64,000 nt of DNA from the NCBI GenBank assembly GCA_018238155.1, contig JABCTZ010000046.1, forward strand, positions 1 through 64,000, written 5' to 3'. The notes below the pieces were generated by a model that saw nothing but the letters and a program-made list of their open reading frames with translations, did no database searches and was not told the origin of the DNA. Made by a program: the position numbers and the translations under genes. Within the stretch, counting starts at the first letter, position 1. Each line of letters starts with the position of its first letter. Shown in pieces: positions 1 to 8,104 of this stretch. The DNA is from Candidatus Heimdallarchaeota archaeon (GTDB lineage Archaea > Asgardarchaeota > Heimdallarchaeia > JABLTI01).

Positions 1-1
1 C

Positions 2-526
2 AATATCTGCAATAGAGCCACCCACTTGACCACACCAGGACCACATAACAACATTGACATCTTCATTTCCTGCAGTCTCAAGATATATTCTTGTACGACC
101 CGCCCAAGCAGTTCTATTTGGATTCCCTAAATCACCACTAGCGAAATAATCATCAATATCTAGTGCACCACTGGTTCCACCTTCGTTCCAATCATACAAG
201 CCTTCAGTGAAGTTTGAAGGACCTGCTTGTGAGCCAACATAATTTTCTTTAAAATTAGACAAACCACTCATGCCAGTAGTTATTTGGCTTCCATGAGAAG
301 TGTGTCCATAAGCGATGTGAAGAGTATTCTTTGCGTTGATAATAGCTGAATCAGGTATCTGATTTAGACGCACTAGATTCATTATTGAATGATCAGCAAT
401 AATTGCATTAGCATTTATTCTAGGTCGTTCATTTTGAGGGGCATTTTCATTTGCAGTAAGAGTAAAACCAATTAATAGTCCCCCAATAATACAAACTGCA
501 ATAATTTGTTCAAATTTATATTTCAT
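2..526 (-). CDS. Secreted hypothetical protein, possibly SGNH/GDSL-hydrolase-like; only the 5' part is in the window
   Basis: Not in the ORF track; translated by hand from ATG 526: MKYKFEQIIAVCIIGGLLIGFTLTANE...LHIAYGHTSHGSQITTG...DVNVVMWSWCGQ. It has a signal peptide, a GGTGG SD-like sequence upstream and is open to position 2. Confidence 0.8.
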   Translation of the reverse strand, partial: MKYKFEQIIAVCIIGGLLIGFTLTANENAPQNERPRINANAIIADHSIMNLVRLNQIPDSAIINAKNTLHIAYGHTSHGSQITTGMSGLSNFKENYVGSQAGPSNFTEGLYDWNEGGTSGALDIDDYFASGDLGNPNRTAWAGRTRIYLETAGNEDVNVVMWSWCGQVGGSIADI

Positions 527-618
527 TTCTTTCCACCAAAACATAATAAAAAAATATCTTTTTCTTTAAGTAAATAAAGGTTTTCAAATTACATATATTT
601 ACATAGATTATTTGAATT

Positions 619-649
619 AAAAAAGAAAGGATAGCTGAAAAGCTAACCT
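619..649 (-). terminator. Putative hairpin plus U-tract terminator of the 652..3327 gene
   Basis: AGGaTAGCT-GAAA-AGCTAaCCT inverted repeat at 628-649 just after the stop, followed on the minus strand by a T-rich run. Confidence 0.45.
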
Positions 650-651
650 AA

Positions 652-3327
652 TTATTTGATTCTTCGACGATCTGTAAACCAGGCAAAGAATGCTAATAAA
701 GTCATTGCTGAGAAGGCAAGAAGGAAACCACTCTCAAATCCACCTTCCTCTGTTGTAGGAGTAGTTGTTGTAGGTGAAGAAGTTGGTGTTTCTTCGGGAG
801 GATCGGTAGAATCAGTTGGATCTGTACCATTGGCGATTTCCTCGCCATCATCGATACCATCGCCGTCAGTATCTGCGTCATTTGGATCTGTGGTATATCC
901 ATCTATTCCATCAACAACTTCTTCTCCATCCAAAATTCCATCATTATCGGTATCGTCATCAGTAGGATCTGTAAGATGAGTGTTGATTTCTATATTATCA
1001 TTTAGGCCATCCGAATCGGTATCTATGTCGTTTGGATTCGTAATGTATCCATCTACACCTGAAACTACTTCTTCTCCATCTAATATTGTATCATTATCAG
1101 AGTCATCATCAAGAGGGTCAGTTGTATGAGTGTTAATTTCTGCACCATCGCTTAAGCCATCTCCGTCTGTGTCCCACAAATTAGGATCCGTAAAGTAACC
1201 AGTTCCTCCCGTTAATTCAATATAATCACTTAAACCATCGCTATCTGTGTCTGTTGAAGTTGGGTCTGTGAAAAAGGTAAATATCTCATCGTAGTCTCCT
1301 ATGGTATCTCCATCAGTATCTTCATTGTCAATATCAGTGCCATATTCATTTAATTCCATATAATTCGATAATCTATCAGCATCATTATCATGTAATAATA
1401 CTTCAAAACCACCAGAGGAGTCACCGACATACATTGTTCCATTCACAACATCGATATCTACTGCTTGACCATCGTCGTCAGTATAATGACCTACTTGTTG
1501 GAATTTGGAATCTGAAGTCAACTCATAAACATAGACACCCATATTATATGATGTATAATAGATATACTGTCCCTCAATGAAAACATCATATCCGAACCCA
1601 CCAGGATCGATTTTATCAAAATTGTAAATGTTACTCATATCAGTAGTATTGTAAGCATATAATCCTCCATATCCATTACCTAACAAAACCATTCCAGAGG
1701 TTGCAAAGACATCATAAGCATATCCTGTTGTATGTTCTCTAAATTGATATGTGGGATTTTCTATATCCGTTATATTGATTATTTGCAAGCCACCAGAATG
1801 AGCAGCTATGTATGTGAAATTACCTAATACATCAATACTGTGAGTATTATTTCCATCTGTCAATTGTGAAACAAAAACCAAATCTGTTGGATCTGTAACA
1901 TTGATAATTTGTAATCCAAGATCGTAGGTTGCACAATAAGCATAGTTTCCTCGGACTTTGACATCAAAGCCATTAAATGAAGTTGTATATCTATCTAGCT
2001 CCACAGGATTTTCAAGGTCAGTTATATTGTATGTTACAAGTCCACTTGAACTGGCAGCAACATAAAGAATATTATTTTTAATATCAAGATTTTGTATATT
2101 TATAACATCGGTTATTGAAGCAACTAAAGTTATGTCTGTTAAATCACTGATGTTAAGAATATCTACTCCATGTGAGTAACCGGCAATAAAAGCAATATCA
2201 CCTTGCACTTCAACGTCTCTCACATTACCATAAGAATCTTTTTTAAAGACTTCAGAAATACTAGCTGGGTTTGAAACATTATAAATTCCAAAACCTCCTT
2301 CGTTATAGGAAACATAAAGTAAACTGCCATTTATTGTTAGTTCTGGAGAGTAATATCCAGTATTAGCTATATTCCCTTCTTGAACCGTTGCTAATGGATT
2401 TGTGACATTTATTAGCTCAACTGCGTTATTTTGAACTGCATAAACAATATTATTAGAAAAGTCTGTCGCTTCATACCAAGCAATAAAACCTAAATGTGTG
2501 TTAACCAAAGTAGGATCCGATTTATTTGAAACGTCAATTATTTCCATTCCATTAAAGCCTACTGCGGCATAGACTGTAGTACCATCAACAACAAGATTGT
2601 CAATGTTATCTCCACTGTAGTAATTTGCTAATTTCGTAGGATTTGTAACATCAGTTACATTAATTATATCAAAACCAAAGTTGTAAAGTACACTATAAAC
2701 ATAGTTACCAGAAATTTCCACTTGTCGAGTAACTGTGCCATTGTAATAATTGTTCACATAGGTTAGATCCGAGAGATTCGTTGCATTAAGAATAACCAAA
2801 CCCTGATTATAATCTGCAACGTATATATAATCTCCAGCGACTTTTAGATCTTGGGCAGCTCCAACTGTGTCATATCTATCAAGTTGTACTGGTGTCGAAG
2901 GGTTTGAGATATCAACTGTGACTACTCCATAAGCTCCACATGAAAGATAGGCAACATCATTTTGAACATCTAATCTAATAACTGCATTATTGTCTGGCAA
3001 AATAAACTGACTAACAATAACACTACTAGAAGGATTAGAACAATCAAAGATGAGAAAACCATCGTATCTACAAGCAACAAAGGCATATTGATCTTTAATA
3101 ACGATATTTTTAGCATCACTATAATGTTCATCCCAAGTGCCTAATTCAGTAATGTTCTCAAGAACGGCATTCATTGCGAATTCTTGTTGTATAGTATCTG
3201 GATTTGTATAAATAGCACTATTTCCAAATTCAATTCCTGTTTCTGCAGTATTCGTATTTAGCATTGGTGAAAAAACACTTACTAGAACAAATACTATAAA
3301 TAAACTTCTAATTTTAATCAATTGCAT
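652..3327 (-). CDS. Cell-surface protein: LVIVD-repeat beta-propellers, DxDxDG Ca-binding (TSP3-like) repeats, Thr/Pro linker and C-terminal anchor
   Basis: Signal peptide; many 'YAYVA...GL.I.D.S.P..P' repeats; many 'DP...DTDGDG..DG.E' repeats; C-terminus GGF plus hydrophobic helix plus RRRIK. Confidence 0.9.
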   Translation of the reverse strand: MQLIKIRSLFIVFVLVSVFSPMLNTNTAETGIEFGNSAIYTNPDTIQQEFAMNAVLENITELGTWDEHYSDAKNIVIKDQYAFVACRYDGFLIFDCSNPSSSVIVSQFILPDNNAVIRLDVQNDVAYLSCGAYGVVTVDISNPSTPVQLDRYDTVGAAQDLKVAGDYIYVADYNQGLVILNATNLSDLTYVNNYYNGTVTRQVEISGNYVYSVLYNFGFDIINVTDVTNPTKLANYYSGDNIDNLVVDGTTVYAAVGFNGMEIIDVSNKSDPTLVNTHLGFIAWYEATDFSNNIVYAVQNNAVELINVTNPLATVQEGNIANTGYYSPELTINGSLLYVSYNEGGFGIYNVSNPASISEVFKKDSYGNVRDVEVQGDIAFIAGYSHGVDILNISDLTDITLVASITDVINIQNLDIKNNILYVAASSSGLVTYNITDLENPVELDRYTTSFNGFDVKVRGNYAYCATYDLGLQIINVTDPTDLVFVSQLTDGNNTHSIDVLGNFTYIAAHSGGLQIINITDIENPTYQFREHTTGYAYDVFATSGMVLLGNGYGGLYAYNTTDMSNIYNFDKIDPGGFGYDVFIEGQYIYYTSYNMGVYVYELTSDSKFQQVGHYTDDDGQAVDIDVVNGTMYVGDSSGGFEVLLHDNDADRLSNYMELNEYGTDIDNEDTDGDTIGDYDEIFTFFTDPTSTDTDSDGLSDYIELTGGTGYFTDPNLWDTDGDGLSDGAEINTHTTDPLDDDSDNDTILDGEEVVSGVDGYITNPNDIDTDSDGLNDNIEINTHLTDPTDDDTDNDGILDGEEVVDGIDGYTTDPNDADTDGDGIDDGEEIANGTDPTDSTDPPEETPTSSPTTTTPTTEEGGFESGFLLAFSAMTLLAFFAWFTDRRRIK

Positions 3328-3508
3328 AGTTTAACTCCTTCCTAATTAGAATAAGTAATAATCAAATATGTTAACCATTTCTCAATTCATTAATAAGAGT
3401 TATTAGCCCGTTAAATGGAATAATTTCCGTAGCAAAATTTCATATGGACGAAAGTTATTTCTCAAGTATGTGAGAACCTTTATAACAAATCCATCAGAAA
3501 ATAGAGCT

Positions 3509-4393
3509 ATGACAGATTATACACTTAAAAACTATGAAAAGGGCATAGAAGAAGCGCAAGCAGAATTGGGTACAGAAGTAACCAAAGACTGGTCTTTTTT
3601 TGGACAATCTGATGCAGCTGCTTTGAAAAATGCCTACTCTCGAGAAGGGTTTGATCCAGAAACTCGTCATTATGCTTTCAAAGATGGTAAACTCGTTGGT
3701 TTCTTAGTATCACGCATTTTACCTGACACAGAAGATGGTATAAAAAGAGCAACTTTTGATTTTCCTTTTGTAAGGAAAGGTCATGAAAAAGCTGGAGAAT
3801 TGTTATACAAAAGAGGAATTGCAACACTAAAAGAAAAAGGTGTTAAAATTGCTGATGTTCGTGTATTAGATGGTTGGAAAGGTACAACAGAACATGCTGA
3901 GAAATATGGCTTTAAGAAAGGCAATCTTCAATTTGTTCGCATCAAAGGTAGCTTGAGTGATATACAACCAAAAGATCATACTGAAAAGTTTGAGAATTTC
4001 GATCCTGAGAGAGACAAAGAACAAATCATGAAGCTTTTCACAGAGCAATACGATATGACATCAGAACAAGCTGAAACAAACTTTGATGGAATTGTTAACC
4101 CTCCAGAGGGCCAATATTTTCAACCAATCTTACGAGAAGGAGACAAAATAATCGCACGTGGATTACTCTACATTCCAGACGACCCTAAAGATGCGACCTT
4201 TAGACTTTTATCTCCGAACGCTACACAATACTTTGATGCTTATTTAGCAAATATTATTCCCGTTGCTAAGGGAAACGGAGCAGAAAATTTCGAGTTATTT
4301 TTGGGTGGTCCTACTTTAGAGCAACTTGACTTGTTTAAGTCATACGGCTTCTCTGTTGTTGATGAAGCATTCACTTATGAAAAAGAGCTCTAA
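3509..4393 (+). CDS. Tandem GNAT-fold protein (acetyltransferase-like)
   Basis: RHYAFKDGKLVGF beta-hairpin, FPFVRKGHEKAGELL motif-A-like segment, EKYGF and KSYGF motif-B ends in both halves; ATG 3509 preferred over GTG 3470. Confidence 0.65.
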   Translation: MTDYTLKNYEKGIEEAQAELGTEVTKDWSFFGQSDAAALKNAYSREGFDPETRHYAFKDGKLVGFLVSRILPDTEDGIKRATFDFPFVRKGHEKAGELLYKRGIATLKEKGVKIADVRVLDGWKGTTEHAEKYGFKKGNLQFVRIKGSLSDIQPKDHTEKFENFDPERDKEQIMKLFTEQYDMTSEQAETNFDGIVNPPEGQYFQPILREGDKIIARGLLYIPDDPKDATFRLLSPNATQYFDAYLANIIPVAKGNGAENFELFLGGPTLEQLDLFKSYGFSVVDEAFTYEKEL

Positions 4394-4503
4394 ATTGGTT
4401 CTCTCTTTTCTTTTTCTTATTACTTTTTTGCATTTAATCTAGCATTGTTATTCAATATAAGAAAAATTTCAAATGAATTAAATAAATCACTCATTTGAAT
4501 TTA

Positions 4504-4926
4504 TTATCGATTTAATGCAAGTCCACAAGTACTACAATAAACTGTTTCAGTTTCGTTTATTGAACCACATTCAGGGCAGTAAATTACAGGCTCATTTGAT
4601 TGATATTGTGTTTTTTCGGTTGGTTGTGAAGAATAAGCTGATTGAGGATTTTGAGGTGGGAAAGGATGTGGTTGTGCTCTATAAATTGGTTTAGGAGTTT
4701 CATCCCAATTTATAATTGGAAGTCCATGTCCATCATAAAAGCCACCTGTAGCAATTAAAATGATATCCACAATTACACCTATGCCAAATAACCCCTCTGT
4801 ACATAAGTATAAGACACCTGATGCAATTCTATCAGCATAAAATCTATGAGCACCAAAAATACCTAGAAAAATAGCTAATAACAAAGTAATTAGTCTACTT
4901 TTTTTTGAAACTTGTCTATTTATCAA
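4504..4926 (-). CDS. TM2-domain protein with Pro/Gln linker and C-terminal double zinc ribbon
   Basis: KSRLITLLLAIFLGIFGAHRFY...LYLCTEGLFGIGVIVD is the TM2 signature; CPECG...CSTCG; GGAG SD before TTG 4926. Confidence 0.85.
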   Translation of the reverse strand: MINRQVSKKSRLITLLLAIFLGIFGAHRFYADRIASGVLYLCTEGLFGIGVIVDIILIATGGFYDGHGLPIINWDETPKPIYRAQPHPFPPQNPQSAYSSQPTEKTQYQSNEPVIYCPECGSINETETVYCSTCGLALNR

Positions 4927-5118
4927 GATTTTATTTCTCCAAATAATAGATGGGTGATTTATCATATAAATATTAGGAAATGAACAAAGATTGTTTTTTT
5001 TCAATAAACAATTATAAACTAAAGCCATTGTACACACAGATTTGTTCACAATCAATTGATATAGGAAATCCTTTTTTATTAAAAAGAAACTTAGGAAATT
5101 GTTTCAGGAATTATTCTA

Positions 5119-6063
5119 ATGACTACTAAATTATCAAAAATTCAAACTCTAATTTCAAAGTTAGAGAATGCACCAAAAGAAGGGTCTCGATCCGAAGCAG
5201 CTAAAGCTTTAGGTAAGTTGGAAAAGAACGCTGTTAGTGCCTTACCAGCCTTAAAAGAAGCATTGAGAAGTGATATCAGCGAAAGAGTGCGAGGTCGTGC
5301 AGCTCTTGCTTTAGGTAGAATAGGTGAAGAAGCATCAATAGTAGATTTGATTAAAGCAATGGAAGATGACATTAGTATTGAGGTTCGTTCTCGAGCTGCT
5401 TGGGCGCTTGGTGATTTTAAAAATAATGGAAGAGTTGCTATCGAACCTTTATGGAAGGAAGAAAAAGATACACGAAACAAGGATCGTCTATTTTATTACA
5501 GGATATCACTTGCAAAAATTGAAGGAGCAGAAGGTGAAGGAATTAATAAATTACAAGAAATGAAAAAAGAAGGAGAGCTTGAGCGTTGGCAAATAATTCG
5601 ATATGGGAACCTTGTAAAAGAGTTAGAAATTCAAGCTAAAGTCAAAGAAGCTAGTGAGGGTATAGCTTCAGTTAAAAATGGGGCGAAAGATGTTCAAGAA
5701 GAAGTTCAAATGCTACAACAAAAAGTTGATCAACAACCTGCTGGGCAAATAAAAGATGATTTACTCAATGTTACTTCTTTACTCCAAAAAATGATTGGAG
5801 AACAACAAAGGACTATTGAACGTCAAGAAAACACCATTAAAGGTTTGAATGATTCTCTCCAAGAATTAATCAAAGCTCATCAAGAAGCAATACGTGATCC
5901 TAGGATCACTTCTGAACAATTTCAGGAATTTATTGAAAATGAACCGAAAGAGAGCTGGTTTAAACGAAATCTTCCCGCTCTTATTGGGGGTATGGGAACA
6001 ATCATTGGTGGAGTAGCAGGACTTTTAGGTTGGCTTTCCGGTCTACTAGGTTGGTTTAGTTAA
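5119..6063 (+). CDS. HEAT/PBS-lyase repeat protein with coiled coil and C-terminal membrane anchor
   Basis: Three R..AA.ALG repeats, long heptad region, C-terminal Gly-rich hydrophobic segment, no signal peptide. Confidence 0.85.
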   Translation: MTTKLSKIQTLISKLENAPKEGSRSEAAKALGKLEKNAVSALPALKEALRSDISERVRGRAALALGRIGEEASIVDLIKAMEDDISIEVRSRAAWALGDFKNNGRVAIEPLWKEEKDTRNKDRLFYYRISLAKIEGAEGEGINKLQEMKKEGELERWQIIRYGNLVKELEIQAKVKEASEGIASVKNGAKDVQEEVQMLQQKVDQQPAGQIKDDLLNVTSLLQKMIGEQQRTIERQENTIKGLNDSLQELIKAHQEAIRDPRITSEQFQEFIENEPKESWFKRNLPALIGGMGTIIGGVAGLLGWLSGLLGWFS

Positions 6064-6069
6064 AATTCA

Positions 6070-6098
6070 AATGAAGAATAAATTTCTTCATTCTTTTT
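6070..6098 (+). terminator. Hairpin plus U-tract terminator candidate
   Basis: AATGAAGAA-TAAAT-TTCTTCATT, a perfect 9-bp stem just after stop 6063, then CTTTTT. Confidence 0.55.
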
Positions 6099-6171
6099 GG
6101 ATTCTAAATCATCATTCATTCTTTATCAATAACAATAATTCACAATAAAAAAAACAAATATGGATGCAATA

Positions 6172-6840
6172 TTAACCACTTTCAAATGCTCTGATTAGTG
6201 CTTGTCTATTTCTATAGCCTAATTTTTCAGCTAATTTTTCCAGCGTTATTTCGATTTCACGAAGAACATGTTGATTTTTTTGTTTTTTATATGATTTTAT
6301 CAAAGGTTTAACAGCAGCTTTACCCATTTTTAAAATAGCATTGGAAGCTACTCGATGTAATGTCTCGAGTGAATTTTCTGCTATTACTTGAATAATTTCT
6401 AGTACCAAAGAATTGATTAAATCTGGTGCTTCATTTTTTGCCCAAGCACCAATAATACCGAGAGCATCAATGACTTTTTCTTTTACATCAATATTACTCT
6501 CTTTTCTCAAAACATCAAACAATGCGGGAACAGCTACATCACCTATTTCACCCATTGATTCAGCAGCATACACTCTAACATTTTCTGCAGAATCATCCAT
6601 CATTGCATCCACTAGAGCAGCAGCAACTTTGTTTATCCCTTTTCCCACTTTCCCTAAAGCTTTCGCTGCTTCTACGCGTATTCGTGAACTTTCGTCTTCT
6701 CGCAATGCTAGTATTAATGCAGGAATTGCTTCATCAGTTTCTTCCTCCAATTTACTTAGAGCTATTGCTGCACGCATTCGCTCAATCTTGTCACCTTCGA
6801 GCAATTTTCTTGTTAAATCTTCAATAGTATTTTTTGACAT
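6172..6840 (-). CDS. HEAT/PBS-lyase repeat protein
   Basis: Repeats RMRAAIALSKL, RVEAAKALGKV, RVYAAESMGEIG, KVIDALGIIG. Confidence 0.9.
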   Translation of the reverse strand: MSKNTIEDLTRKLLEGDKIERMRAAIALSKLEEETDEAIPALILALREDESSRIRVEAAKALGKVGKGINKVAAALVDAMMDDSAENVRVYAAESMGEIGDVAVPALFDVLRKESNIDVKEKVIDALGIIGAWAKNEAPDLINSLVLEIIQVIAENSLETLHRVASNAILKMGKAAVKPLIKSYKKQKNQHVLREIEITLEKLAEKLGYRNRQALIRAFESG

Positions 6841-7024
6841 TATCAATCAGGTTTCATATTTGATACTTGTTAAGAAGAATTTTCATTTATGAGTGTATCT
6901 AACCACTTTCTATTTTCAGAATAGCATTGTTATTTCCATGAAAATAAAATATATTCAACTTCAACTGTAGAATTATTTCATTGAAGAGTTGAGTGAGTGA
7001 TTTGTTGAACAGTTAACAGACTAA

Positions 7025-7939
7025 TTATAAAAGATCTTTTAGAATCCAGACTCTAACAGTTTTATCTGCTGACCCAACTGCTAAATACTTATTATCAGAT
7101 GAAAATGCTGCAAAATAAACTCCTTTTGGTTTTAATGGAATTTCTTTAATCAACTCGCCTGTTTTCAATGATCTTAATTGTAATTTGTAAGGCAAGGATA
7201 AGGTAAAATGTTTTTCATCAGCAGAAAAAGCAACAGAATGCATTTCTGTAAATTTAACGTTAAATTCTTTTTCTAAAATCCATCCTTTTGTTTTCCAGAT
7301 TTTCACTTTACCATCATTAGCTATTGAAACCAATTTTTTCCCTTTCGCTAAATATTTTAAAGCGATGATGCCAGATGAATGTGAATCGATTTCCTTTACT
7401 AATTTACACGAAGGTAGTTTCCAAATAGCAATTTTGTTATCACTTGCTCCTGTCGCAATATGAGAGCAATTTGGTGCAAAGCTTACACTAGTAACATTTG
7501 CTATATGACTATCCAAAGTATCAAATAATTCCATTGATTCATAAGACCATAAATGAACCTTATTGTCGTAAGATCCTGTTGCAATTAGAGCGTTACAAGA
7601 GGAAAATTCAACAACAACTATTGATTTTTTGTGAGCAGAAAATACACCTATTTCTTTTTGTGAATTTAATTCCCATATTCTCATGGTTTTATCACTTGAA
7701 CCTGTAATAAGCACATCCTGGTCATTGCTCAATGCAAATGCATTCACACTTTTTTCATGACCTATTAATTCTCCTTTGAGTTCCCACGACGGGACCGACC
7801 AAAACTTTATCACATTATCCATTCCGGCTGTGATAAGTATCTCATTGTCGTGTGAAAATCTTATCTGCATTACATGACTAGCATGTGCTTGGATTATATC
7901 AGGTTCAACCATTCGATTCGCCTTTTCGTTTAAGTGCAT
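7025..7939 (-). CDS. WD40-repeat beta-propeller protein (7 blades)
   Basis: Repeated H...V....FS....L.TGS.D..V.IW units. Confidence 0.95.
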   Translation of the reverse strand: MHLNEKANRMVEPDIIQAHASHVMQIRFSHDNEILITAGMDNVIKFWSVPSWELKGELIGHEKSVNAFALSNDQDVLITGSSDKTMRIWELNSQKEIGVFSAHKKSIVVVEFSSCNALIATGSYDNKVHLWSYESMELFDTLDSHIANVTSVSFAPNCSHIATGASDNKIAIWKLPSCKLVKEIDSHSSGIIALKYLAKGKKLVSIANDGKVKIWKTKGWILEKEFNVKFTEMHSVAFSADEKHFTLSLPYKLQLRSLKTGELIKEIPLKPKGVYFAAFSSDNKYLAVGSADKTVRVWILKDLL

Positions 7940-8104
7940 TATATACTCTATTCAATGTGTTAGAAGAATTTAGTCATTAAGAATATATTAAACGCTTACT
8001 TATTTTTTTTAGAATCTAATGTTTTCTAAATTTATCTTTTTAAGGGAAAAAGCTTTCTTTATAAAATAAAAGAATAATCGATTTTAAGACAAACACTTTT
8101 CAAA

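Noticed and set aside
656-979. Antisense and alternate-frame ORFs in the track (e.g. 656..979, 5142..5480, 6413..6892, 25451..25822, 37209..37607, 43410..43871, 44310..44750, 46787..47221, 63054..63251)
   Set aside because: They overlap well-supported genes, have no recognisable motifs and are explained as shadow frames
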